A stretch of DNA of 63,922 nt, the filler included, from Chrysochromulina tobinii (taxonomy: Eukaryota): the NCBI GenBank assembly GCA_001275005.1. It is 7 parts of 7 records of this genome, joined end to end, with 100 filler letters (N's around TTAATTAATTAA, not from the genome) between each part and the next. Parts side by side here need not be neighbours in the genome. Positions count along the whole stretch, not along the records: positions 1 to 17,070 come from JWZX01000789.1; positions 17,171 to 30,256 come from JWZX01000790.1; 5 more parts are not named here. One strand, 5' to 3'. Within the stretch, counting starts at the first letter, position 1. Each line of letters begins with the position of its first letter. The position numbers and the translations under genes are program-made. The notes under the pieces were generated by a model. The model saw nothing but the letters and a program-made list of their open reading frames with translations, searched no databases and was not told the DNA's origin. Shown here piece by piece: positions 10,475 through 20,953 of the stretch.

Positions 10475-12069
10475 ATGTCGCTGCGCCTCCTCCTCGCGCT
10501 GGGCTGCCTGCTGCCGGCGGCCTCGTTTCGCGCATCTGGGACGGTGGGCAGTGCATCGACCGCGCAGCGCGCGCGGCCGGCGGTGTGCGGCGTTGCTAAC
10601 GTGCCGAAGACGGTCGGCGAGGCCCGGACGGGCTTCAACAAAGCCTACGGCCGCCCGGTGGATGGCGTGCAGCAGGGCTTCGTGAACGAGATGCTCACCG
10701 GCTGCCAGCTCGCGCTCATCTCGCCGGGCTACGCCCCCTCGCGCGTCTTCTCGCTAGGCTTCGAGTCGCTCTGCACCGCCTTCCTCGCCAACTCTGGTGA
10801 AGGCCCCAAGATCCACGACGCGCTGCTCGCTGGGCTGGGCATGGATGCGAAGAAGCTGGTGTCCGAGGCGGAGGCGCTCAAGGCGGCGGCTGCGGGCATG
10901 TCCGAGGCGGTGCGTGCGCACCGCTGCGCGCGCCTTCCCTCGTCGCTCCTTCCCTCGGTCGCCATCTCCGTTGCCTCCACTGCCTCTGCCGTCTGCTGCC
11001 TCCACCGCCTCGGCCGCCTCGGCCGCCTCCACTGCCTCCGCCACCTCCGCCACCCCCGCTGCCTCGGCGGCTCCCTCGCCACTTCTGCTCGTGTTTGCCT
11101 CCGTGATTGCCTCCCTAATATGGTGAGACCGACGTTCGATCCTCACTGCATCGTCCGCTGCTCTCGTCCGTTACTGGCTGCAGGAGCTGCTGGCGTCGCC
11201 CGACCTGAAGGCGATCGCGAGCAAGCCCGGCTACAAGTATTCTTACCCGCTGGGCGCTGGGCTACTCGCGTTGATGGCCCTCGTCGGCAGCGAGCCGTCA
11301 AAGGAGGTGTGTGATTGCCTCCGTGAATGCCTCTCTGATGGCCGCGCTAATGGCCTCGCTGATGGCCTCGCTGATGGCCTCGCTGATGGCCGCGCTGATT
11401 GCCGCGCTGGTGGCCTCGCTGATGGAGGCTGCTATCAGCGCACCCCGTGTCACCCTTACCATATTAGGCATCACCTCACCCCGTGTCGCCTCGGCATGAC
11501 GAACCTTGCAATGACGAACCTCGCAATGACGAACCTCGCAATGACGAACCTTGCAATGACGAACCTCGCAATGACGAACCTTGCAATGACGAACCTCGCA
11601 CTGACGAACCTCGCAGGTGATCGAGCGATGGTGCACGGCCCTCGGCCTGCCGGCGTCCCGGCTGACGAAGGATTGGGAGTTTTATGAGGACGCATCTCGG
11701 AAGCTCGTGGAGGTGCGCCAGATGACATCTCGCTTGATTGCCTCTTGCTTGCCTCTGGATTGGGAATTTCACCGAGGACGCATCTCGGAAGGTCGTGGAG
11801 CTGCGCCAGATGACCTCTCGGGAGATGATGGCGGAGATGGCCCACTGATGGACACTGATGGACACTCAACACTTCTGATGACCTCTGATGACCTCTGATA
11901 CCTCTCGCGGCCTCTGGTGGCCTTCCTCCTGTGGCAGGTGCGTCAGATGATGGCGGAGATGAAGGCGGCGGGTAAGCGTAAGGAGGCGGCGAAGCTCAAG
12001 GAGGAGGCGGAGAAGGCGATGAAGGAGGCCGACGAGGCCGAAGCGAAAGAGAAGGCGGCCAACAAGTAA
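10475..12069 (+). CDS. THF1: Thylakoid formation 1 / Psb29 family, plastid-targeted; exons 10475-10909, 11184-11306, 11617-11712, 11938-12069
   Basis: KTVGEARTGFNKAYGRPVDGVQQGFVNEML..VFSLGF and GYKYSYPLGAGLL resemble THF1/Psb29; signal peptide plus AASF bipartite leader; three GT-AG introns keep the frame. Confidence 0.8.
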
Positions 12070-12663
12070 ACAAGCGTAAACAAGCGAAGGAGAACTTGTG
12101 TTGATGTGGGGGGGAGCCAAACGTAACGATGGCTAGAACGGTGGAGAACTGGGTGCGAGTACTGCCTCGCCATGTACCTTGAGTCATACCGCCGTCCGCG
12201 GGTCGGTTTTTGAGCGCACTGTTGGCGCGGGGCCGGCGCCAGGGGGAGCGCGACGCCGCAGGGAGCCGAGCGGAGTGCCCCGGCCACACGACAGGTTCGA
12301 CACCGCACCGGCTGACCTGAACGCTGAAGCTCACACAGGGCGCGACACAGCCGCGGTTTGAAACATTGAATACTTCAAAATTGAAACTGAGGCCTCCCTG
12401 CCCATCGGTCCCGGGACACTCCCCTTCTCGGCCCCTTCCCGGCCCCTCCCGGCGCCCAGGCTGGCTAATCCCCTGGCTCAGCGCTCACAGCCGGAGGGAT
12501 GCCGGTGAGGCGGTGTTAAGGCGCAGGGTGTTTTTGAACCGATACGCATGGCGTGGGTGTGGGCGCGCGCCGGGCTAGGTGACGTTTCATCGTAGGGCGG
12601 CGCACCGTTCAAATACTGAGCAATTGAAAAGTACAGTACCGGTACACAGTACTAATTACGATA

Positions 12664-14297
12664 ATGTATCATAGACCCGTAACACGCTTTCCAGCGTACA
12701 TGGCACCGCACAGCCAAAGCCCGCTCGGCTCGCACCAACAGGCCTTGGATTTCTTCGGCCTGAAACACTCGGTGATCGATGCACACAATCCGCTCCCTAA
12801 CGTGGTGATGGATGCCGCGCACGCGGTACATGCTGGCTGGGCGCTGTCGCGGCTGGCGCCGGTGCTCACAAAGCTGAATGGCAGCAGCGCGGACTGCTGC
12901 CTGCACATCATGACCCTTGGCGGCAGCGTCATGTGTGGCGTAGGGCACCCGACCGGTTGGCAGCAGATCAAGGCCTTTAACTCGCCGTGGTTTCCATCCA
13001 AGTGGAAGAGAAGTTTTGATTCTATCTCTCCCGGCATCAACCACACATGGGCAAACGCTTTGGTCGAGTACCTCGACTCGCGCAGCAGCTCGTGCTGCCC
13101 AGCGGGCCACCGACTCAGAAATATGTGCCAGGCAGGTGTTGCTACGAGTTTCTATGTGCAGACCTTTGAGGCGCGCGTGCTGCGCGCGTTCCGCGAGGAT
13201 CCCGCCGACCTGGTGATCGTGGATATTGCGACCAACGACGTAACGCCGTTTTTTTATCCGTTTCAAGAGGCGGACATGTCGATTCTGTGGCCAACCGCCT
13301 TGACACGGAGGCTTTGATACGCAAACTGCTGCTGCTCTCGCCCACGGCGCCCGCTATAATGTACGCTGAATCGGCTTGGTTCGACCCGAACCGGTTTCCA
13401 GGACGGAAGTGGGGAGGATGGCCGGATCACAAGAGCGTGCTCGAGCATTACGGCATTCCAACGACATTTTGGACGCACGCGCTCGCGCAAAACCCACACC
13501 GTCCAGCCAACGTTTCTCGGCTTGAGGTGATCGCGGATGCTTTGCACCCGTCGCGCCGCGGCCACGAGGTGTGCGCATACTTTTTGGTGGAACTCATGCT
13601 GGCAGAACGAAAGCGGCTTGAGCAGCTGCCAGCTGCCGAGCGCGCGCAACTCGCGGTGCAAGCAGCAACGTTGCCGACCACATACGCTCAGAAGGTGGGC
13701 GGCACGAGCCTTTTCGAGAAGCTTCTCGATATCCTCGAGCCGCCTCTCACCCATGTCGACTTCACGGACAACAAATGCTGGATGGATTCCAGGTGTAGCC
13801 TTACATGGCGGCGCCTCTTTCCAAGGCTGTTGGACAGTGCAAAAGGAGAAGCGACACCTGCTGCGGAGCCTCGTTGGGAGTGGACGATGCTCCGCAAGTC
13901 TGCTCAAGGGCGCTACGAAGAGACAGCGTGGCACAATGCTCCTAGGCTTGCCCAAGCGGCTGACAAGTGGGGCTTCATGGCGCGGGTGACGGGAGCGACC
14001 TTCGCCACGCAACTCAACATTTCGCGCGTCCTCCGTGTGGGTTATCTACGCAGCTATAGTGGTGATGCGAACGTGAGCGTGCGCATGGAGTGCGATGGGC
14101 ACGAGGCACAGCTGTTTACCCTCTCCCGTCGTTGGGAGGTCAACGCCTCGATCTATGCGAGCGAGACATTACGCCTCGTGAAGGAGGAGGCAGGAGCAGG
14201 AGCAGCGCCTGCACATCCGAATATTTGGAGCGTTACCTTTACGCTGCTGCCTGGCGCCTCCTCAAGCTTTACCCTGTACAGCCTCACGTCGGCCTAG
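12664..14297 (+). CDS. SGNH/GDSL-like hydrolase, split by one frameshift at the T7 run 13249-13255 (error or pseudogene)
   Basis: Block I TLGGSVMCG and block III DLVIVDIATND in ORF 12664..13317; EALIRKLL and block V DALHPSRRGH in ORF 13287..14297. Adding one T joins the two frames. Confidence 0.7.
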
Positions 14298-15200
14298 CTT
14301 TATATGATAAAATTGGAGTAAAAGGTTACTATTGCTTGGGCTTGGGCTTGGCTGCTTGGCACTCAGTTCAAAAATGTAAAATCAGCAGAGCGGTCCATTC
14401 TCAGCGATATGGCAGGTGCTAGACCTGACCTTAGAACCACTCTGGGGACAGTGTGTGAAATCCAGTTTGTGTATGGCGCCGCGGTACCCGCGACCGTAGC
14501 TACGGTAGGGCGCGGACTAGACCGCCCGGCAGCGCACGCGGAGCGGACTAGGCCGCGGGCAGCGCGGCCGCGGAGGGGCACGCCCGGAGCGCACAGTGAC
14601 CGGACACCGCGGCACCGAGAGCCGCGAGCTCCCCTGACTCTGGTCTCTGCCCGAGGAGACGCTCCGAGTCAATATGCTCCGAGTCCGACCGCCGGCACGC
14701 GACGCGCGCGTAACTCGCGCAAAAAAGCAGCAAGGCAGTTTGGAGTTTCGCCCGGCCCTCGCCCGACCGCGGGGCGCCCGCGCGCGGCGGCCCCGCCCCC
14801 GGCGCAAGCGGCCAAATTGGCTATTTATTGCTCGCCGCACGGGTCACGAACATAATGTCGTGTATTTACAGCATGAAGCAAGGTCAGAAGCATGGCATGA
14901 AATTACCATGTGCCATGCAGTCACACTCCGACTCCGGACTCGCGCTACAATGAGTAAAGACTCGCGTGGGAGTGCGTATAGGGGGCGAAGGGGCGGCGGC
15001 CACCTAGGAGCGGCCGGCACTCTGTGAACAGCTGTCTGTGAAGTGTAAAGATGTGCTCACTGTGGGCGGAACCCACGGTCAGCCCACGGAGCACGGGCGG
15101 CGCCGCGACGGGCACGCAGCCCAGGCCCGGCGGCGTCCACTGAGCGCTGGCGCCGTAACGGGCACTCTCGTGTGCACCGTGTGGCGCCGTCATGGGCACT

Positions 15201-15878
15201 TCATTTGCGCCGCAAGAGCGAGCCGAGGACGAGGGCCGCGCCCGCGACGGCGCCACCGACGATCGCGGCGGCGAGCGTTGTCTTGGGCACGCCCGTCTGC
15301 GCCGAAGCGTCCTCGAGCAGCTCCATCGCACGGCCTACCAGAGGGCTCATCGCCTCCGCCACGGGGCTGAAAGCCTGCGCCACCTGCGCCGGCGAGAGCG
15401 GACCAGCCCCGCTGCTCTTGGATGAGAGTGCGGGCGCGGGCGTCGCAGCGCTCGCGGCGCCTGCGCTCCGAGTGGCCGGCGCGCCCGGTGCGTCCCCCCG
15501 CGCGGCGCGCTTCTTCTCGAGCGCTGCCACCGCCGCCGCGAGCTCTGCCTGCGCCTGCGTGGCCATCGCCTCGAGCTCCACGTCCGAGAGCGCGCCCATG
15601 TACGCGTCGACCGCCGCGTCGGCGACCGCGCCGCAGTCGATCGGTGTGCCCTCGAAGAAGGCGAACGGCCCCTTCGTGCTCGTCAATCTCTCAGGCGCTG
15701 GCCGCTTGCGCGCGAGCGCCGCCTTCGCCTTCTCCAGCTCAGACTGCACGGTCGCCACGGCGTCGAAGAGGTCCTCGTCGGGTAAGCTGTCAATGTACGC
15801 CTTTTCAGCGTCCGCCGCCACCGCGCCCACCATCGCCGTCACCGCCGCGGCCTCGCTCGAAAGCACGCCGGCGGTCAT
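15201..15878 (-). CDS. Hypothetical protein with a duplicated acidic helix and a C-terminal membrane anchor
   Basis: AYIDSLPDEDL / AYMGALSDVEL repeat; hydrophobic tail followed by RRK; GC3-rich codons. Confidence 0.5.
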   Translation of the reverse strand: MTAGVLSSEAAAVTAMVGAVAADAEKAYIDSLPDEDLFDAVATVQSELEKAKAALARKRPAPERLTSTKGPFAFFEGTPIDCGAVADAAVDAYMGALSDVELEAMATQAQAELAAAVAALEKKRAARGDAPGAPATRSAGAASAATPAPALSSKSSGAGPLSPAQVAQAFSPVAEAMSPLVGRAMELLEDASAQTGVPKTTLAAAIVGGAVAGAALVLGSLLRRK

Positions 15879-16149
15879 GGCCCCGATCCGCAGACGACCC
15901 GCGCACCCGAAGTCTGCCTCGTGCTCGCAGCCTATTCACATCGAAGGGTCCCTGCGAGCATGAAAGTGCCTACTTACCACGGCCCCAAAACAGGGGTTTC
16001 TCTACAAGTACAAGACCGCCATTCTAGACTCTCACGTGACGAAACTTAGTCCGCAAGTTGCGGACTGGAGGAACTTCATTACACGTCCCGGTACGCTGCA
16101 GACTTGACTACGGGGACGCCCGGCCAATACGCGAAAAAACCCCTATTCA

Positions 16150-17070
16150 ATGGCGCCGCCCCTCATGGTCTTCCGCCGATTCGACGGCAGTAACGACGGC
16201 AGCTCCAGCGCCAGGGATGAGGAGGTGCGGTGGCTCAGAGAACAGCTGCAGGAGTCCTCGGGGCAGCTCGGGCGGGTACGGCTCGAGCTCGCGGCGCTGC
16301 AGCGCAGCGTGAGCACCACGGTCGCTGTGGCCACCAACGTCCGCGACGACGTTCGCGGCGGAGAGATCCCACCCAATCCATCGCAAACCAAAACAGGACG
16401 TCACCGCATCCATGGCGTGCACAAGCTTGCGGCGGGCTCGAGCGCAAACCTCGAGCTGCACTTGCCGAAACCCTCCGCCGAACTCGCCGCCAACGATCCC
16501 CTCGCGCGCCGGCCTGACGAGGCGCAGAAGAAGCGCATCATCTCGACGATCTCGCGCCGTGCGCCCTTTGAAGGGAGCGACGAGGCCACCCTCGGGCGCG
16601 TGGCCGACTCGATGGTCCCCGCGAGCTTCGCAGCCTCGACGGACGTGCTGAAAGAAGGCGACGACGGCGACCTCGCGTACTGGGTTTCGTCAGGGTCGCT
16701 CGAAGTGCTCGTCGGCGGCAAGGTGAGAGCGCGCGACGCGAGCGACGCGAGCGACGCGAGCGCAGCCGGCTTTCTGTGAATGTGAATGGCTTTCGCGTCG
16801 GTCCATTGCCACTTCGCTGCGCCCCACCTCACCCCCTTCTTCCCCACACCTCAACCCTTTCTTCCCCCCCTCGACCTCTCTCGCACTGCACCACTGACAC
16901 GCACCCTTCTCCATCGCACCCTTCTCCATCGCACCCCCCCTCCCCTCGCCCCTTCGCCCCTTCCCCCCCTCCTGGCCATTCTCATTCACACCTCCCCTGG
17001 CCGTTCTCATTCACAGCAAGTCGACGTCATCAAAGCGGATGCACTCTTCGGCGAAACGGCGCTCATCTAC
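16150..17070 (+). CDS. Coiled-coil plus cyclic-nucleotide-binding domain protein (PKG-like N-terminus), truncated at the contig end; intron 16723-17016
   Basis: VLKEGDDGDLAYWVSSGSLEV..|..LFGETALIY cNMP motifs. Confidence 0.8.
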
Positions 17071-17170
17071 NNNNNNNNNNNNNNNNNNNNNNNNNNNNNN
17101 NNNNNNNNNNNNNNTTAATTAATTAANNNNNNNNNNNNNNNNNNNNNNNNNNNNNNNNNNNNNNNNNNNN
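17071..17170. other. Artificial contig linker
   Basis: N44-TTAATTAATTAA-N44, with stops in all six frames. Confidence 0.99.
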
Positions 17171-17907
17171 CATTTTTGGTGCCAACAGCCGACTTGAGGC
17201 CGCTGGGCGTCGCAAACTGCATGCTCAGCCACGCCTCGAACTGCGTCCAGAAGCGGGACAAGTACGAGAGGTCGAAGAGGATGAGGACGGTCGTGCCGAG
17301 GTAGAGCATGTTGACCTGTGAATGGGGGAGAGCAATGGCGGGGTGTTAATATAACATAGGTGGTTGAGTGGCGGGGAAAGGGTGGCGAGAAAACTAAGGG
17401 CGGTGCCCAAGGCAAAGCGCCGGCACAGACCTGCGACAGCATGGTCTTGAAATCGGCCGTGCCCTCGTCGCTGCGAATGAGGCCGATGGTAGGCTGGTGC
17501 TGAGGCATGGAACCGCCATCGATCCACACGAGCTCGATCCGCTTGCCAGCCGACGAAACCAGAAAGGCCTTGATGGCCTCGAGCTGTTCGCCGTCGGGGT
17601 CGGGTTGGGTAGGTAGCATCCAGCGATGCGAGATCGACAGGATCTTCTCGACATGTTTGCCGCAGACCACCTCTTCATAGCTGATGGTCTTCTCCATGAA
17701 AGCACTCGGGTGCTTCGCGCGAAGCTCCTGGAAAAAGGGCAGGTTCGTGCCAGAGAACGTGCGGAGAAAGTCCGCCTTGATCATCCAGAACCTACATGTA
17801 GCCGCTCCGGTTGATGAGCCGGCCGTGAGCAGCTTAGTGGCGGCGCCCACTGGTGGGATCGCCTCCTCGCGCTCGGCGAGTGCGTGCTTGCTCGCCGCGC
17901 ATCCCAT
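17171..17907 (-). CDS. HET-like domain protein with an N-terminal MGCAASK acylation motif; intron 17316-17430; 3' truncated
   Basis: ILSISHRW..PDPDGEQL..VWIDGGSMPQ..|VNMLY..TVLIL..YLSRFWTQFE matches the HET motif order (SHxW, WID, IY, RxWxxxE). Confidence 0.75.
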
Positions 17908-18144
17908 GGCACCGAACTGCTCTTGCAAGTGAAGGACATGCGCAAATTTTGGGACTTTCGCAATCCCCGAAACACCGTGAAACACGTGGCCTTCGCGTCC
18001 AGCTCATCTGCCTCCGCGGTGAAGCGCCCTTTTTGAGACGTTCGGCGCTCGTTTTTTCGATAAAAGTTCGCCGGCCTCGACCTGCTCCGCCCGCAGATGT
18101 CTGCCTCGTTTCGCGGCTTCAAGCGCGGTCGCCGACGCTCGGAG

Positions 18145-20493
18145 ATGCCCAAACAGCAGTACAAGGTGAAGGGCGAGACCTTCGAGGTCGACGACCGCTA
18201 TGAGGTCAAGAAGAAAATTGGCGCGGGTGCCTATGGCGTGCTGTGTGCGGCGATCGACAAGAAGGAGAATATTATGGTGGCAATCAAGAAGATCAAGGAT
18301 GCCTTCGACGACGCCATCGATTGCAAGCGCACGCTGCGCGAGGTGCGGCTGATGCAGCACTTTACGCACGAGAACGTGCTCAACTTGCGCGACATTATGC
18401 TGCCCCCGCCGGGTCAGATTGTTGAGTGGAAGGACATCTACCTCGTCCTCGAGCTCATGGACACGGATCTGCATTACATTATCCACTCGAAGCAGGCGCT
18501 CATGGACGACCACATCCAGTACTTCATCTACCAGATCTTGCGAGGCCTGAAGGCCATTCACTCGGCCAAGGTGCTGCACCGCGATCTGAAGCCCAACAAC
18601 TTGCTGGTGAACCAGAATTGCGACTTGAAGATTTGCGACTTCGGGCTCGCGCGAGGCGTGGACGAGGTCGCAGAGACAGGATTTACTGAGTACGTGGTGA
18701 CGCGTTGGTACCGTGCGCCCGAGCTGCTCGTCGAGAACCAGATGTACGACTTGGGCATTGACATTTGGTCTGTGGGCTGCATCCTCGCAGAGTGCCTCGG
18801 TAGGAAGGTGTTGCTCCCGGGCAAGGACTATTTGCAGCAGCTCCGCCTGATCATTGAGACGCTGGGCGAGCCGTCTGCGTCCGACTTGGCGATCCTCGAG
18901 AACCCGCAGGCCGTCGAGTACATCAAGGCGCTTCCCAAGAAGCCCAAGGTGCCCTTCGGGGCTCTATACCCGCAAGCCAACCCCGCCGCCATCGACATGC
19001 TCGAGAAGATGCTGGTCTTCGACCCGTCGAAGCGGATATCGGCGGCGCAGGCGCTCGAGCACCAGTACCTGCGTGCTCTGCACAACGTGAACGACGAGCC
19101 GAGCGCGCCCACCTTTGACTTCTCTTATGTGACTTCCGAAACCACAGAGACGGACCTGAGGAAACTCATCTGGGACCAGCTCCGCAAGTACCACACGGAG
19201 CTAGGCGCCATGCCAGCAAGCTTCGCGGTGTTGGATGGTGGTGGAGGCGATGGTGGCGGAGTCACCCGAGCAGGCAGCAGTCAGAGGCCGTCGGCATCCG
19301 GACGAATCGACGAATCCCTCGCTGACGACGACAACAGCCCTGCGGACGCCTCAAAGCTTTGGGAAGCGCTGCGGTCGGGCGAGGTCGTGCTTGTGCGCCT
19401 CTCCTACGTGCGACGGCTGGCGACGCTTGGGCACCTGCTGCCGAAGCGTCAAGACCTCGAGCCGTCCGCCATCATCTCTGCAGAGGAGCTGGAGATCATC
19501 CATCGCTCGGTCGACCCCGGTATCCATGGACGGCGTGCCGCTGTCGAGGTGCCGCAACACGCCGTGCCCATTGCAGTCGTCAGTCACATGTGGGCGACCC
19601 ATGACCATCCCGACCCCGATGGCACCACCCTCAGCGCCATTCTTGCAGCCTTCGACCAGCCCGACTTCTTCCAGAGCCGCTCCGGCCAGCCGTTCTTCTC
19701 CGAGGTGGGCCTCTTCTTCGACTACAGCTCCCTGTACCAGCGGCTGCGCACGGACCGTGAGCAGCTCGTCTTCGACGCCGCGCTGGGCAACATGAGTATG
19801 TGGTACGCGCATCCGCTCACGACGGTGATCTTGCTCACGGCGGATCGCCCGGGATTGACGCTAAGCTACCACGCACGGGGATGGCCCACGTATGAGTTCT
19901 TCATGGCGCGCGCGGTCAAGCCGACAGACGAGACCTGCGCGTATTGGGAGAAGACGTACGATGTTAGCGCAGGCGTACCGTGCGCGCCCAAAGCACCGAC
20001 AGCGTTTGCGGCACTGCTTCAAGCGCGTACGTTCACGAATGGCGCGGACAAGGACACCGTTACGCAGCTGTACAGTAAGACGCTGTCTGAACACTACGCA
20101 CGTGTCCAGACGCTGCGCTTCGTCAGCCGCGATTGGAGTGCATGCGAGGCGATGGATCTCGCGAGGGCGCTACTCGAATGTGGCGCACCGCACCTCCTCG
20201 ACCTCTGCCTTCGCAACAATCCCAGGATCGGAGACGAGGGTGTGTCTGCTCTCGCTACAGTCTTTGAGGCGGGCGCCCTTCCGCGGCTCAAATCGCTCTC
20301 GCTCTCACTCTGCGGGATCGGCCAGCCGGGCTTCTCGAAGCTGTGCGCCGCTCTGGCCACAGGTAAGACGCCGATGCTCTCACAGCTCTCCTTATACGGC
20401 AACCACCTGATCACGAGCAAAGAGCCACTCAAGGAGGCGATCATGTCGGGCGCACTGCCGAATCTCGACCTGTCGATAGCGGATGAGCCATAA
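18145..20493 (+). CDS. MAP kinase (TEY) fused to a HET-like domain and RI-type LRRs; intronless (alternative ATG at 18097)
   Basis: GAGAYG, VAIKKI, HRDLKPNN, DFG, TEYVVTRWYRAPE; then VVSHMW..HPDPDG..FFDYSSLYQ..MSMWY..RGWPTYE; then LCLRNNPRIGDEG / LSLSLCGIGQPG / LSLYGNHL. Confidence 0.88.
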   Translation: MPKQQYKVKGETFEVDDRYEVKKKIGAGAYGVLCAAIDKKENIMVAIKKIKDAFDDAIDCKRTLREVRLMQHFTHENVLNLRDIMLPPPGQIVEWKDIYLVLELMDTDLHYIIHSKQALMDDHIQYFIYQILRGLKAIHSAKVLHRDLKPNNLLVNQNCDLKICDFGLARGVDEVAETGFTEYVVTRWYRAPELLVENQMYDLGIDIWSVGCILAECLGRKVLLPGKDYLQQLRLIIETLGEPSASDLAILENPQAVEYIKALPKKPKVPFGALYPQANPAAIDMLEKMLVFDPSKRISAAQALEHQYLRALHNVNDEPSAPTFDFSYVTSETTETDLRKLIWDQLRKYHTELGAMPASFAVLDGGGGDGGGVTRAGSSQRPSASGRIDESLADDDNSPADASKLWEALRSGEVVLVRLSYVRRLATLGHLLPKRQDLEPSAIISAEELEIIHRSVDPGIHGRRAAVEVPQHAVPIAVVSHMWATHDHPDPDGTTLSAILAAFDQPDFFQSRSGQPFFSEVGLFFDYSSLYQRLRTDREQLVFDAALGNMSMWYAHPLTTVILLTADRPGLTLSYHARGWPTYEFFMARAVKPTDETCAYWEKTYDVSAGVPCAPKAPTAFAALLQARTFTNGADKDTVTQLYSKTLSEHYARVQTLRFVSRDWSACEAMDLARALLECGAPHLLDLCLRNNPRIGDEGVSALATVFEAGALPRLKSLSLSLCGIGQPGFSKLCAALATGKTPMLSQLSLYGNHLITSKEPLKEAIMSGALPNLDLSIADEP

Positions 20494-20573
20494 GCCCCGG
20501 CCCTCGATACGCCCCGGCCTTCCAGATGCGCATCCGGCCTCAAGGCTCTTACTGTAATGCCCCCAGCCCGAGC

Positions 20574-20622
20574 GAGCGAGTACTCAGTACTTGTGTTGAC
20601 CGAGGGGAGCGGAGCCGTCCTT
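20574..20622. repeat. Dispersed 49-bp repeat (inverted copy of 6366-6414)
   Basis: Direct sequence comparison. Confidence 0.85.
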
Positions 20623-20953
20623 TGAGACGGTGGTGTACTCGTGTGAGCGTGGGGGCCGGCGGGGGGCCGCGACGAAACTGACTGACTGACTGACTGAGAC
20701 CAGTTTTAGAAGCGCTTTTTTCAGGAAAATAAGTCAACGAAATCCAACACGTGTAGCTGTAGGGTGGTCAACACACAACACCGCGTTGTCCCGTTGACGC
20801 TTGACCTTCAGCACCTTCCCGAGTACCGATGTTAGTCGTGTCCCAGAGGCGGGGCTGAGGGTGAGGCCTGAAATAGCTCGGTCCGGGACCGCCGTGTACC
20901 TTCAGTCCCTATTGAAAAACGCCTAATTAGGACATAACTTCACAGAACCCCGG

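Noticed and set aside
13249..13255. Programmed frameshift in the SGNH gene
   Set aside because: A homopolymer indel (sequencing error or pseudogenisation) is simpler, and no stimulatory structure was identified.
14400..14960. GC-rich palindromic non-coding stretch (similar character at 55100-55420) as ncRNA or MITE
   Set aside because: No terminal repeats, second copy or recognisable RNA motif could be established by eye.
17907..18145. Head-to-head HET / MAPK-HET-LRR arrangement as evidence of a paired-NLR-like unit
   Set aside because: Divergent pairs about 180-230 bp apart are common in this window (kinesin/BUD23, hydrolase/DnaJ, oxidase/THF1, UBE2C/coiled-coil), so orientation alone is uninformative.
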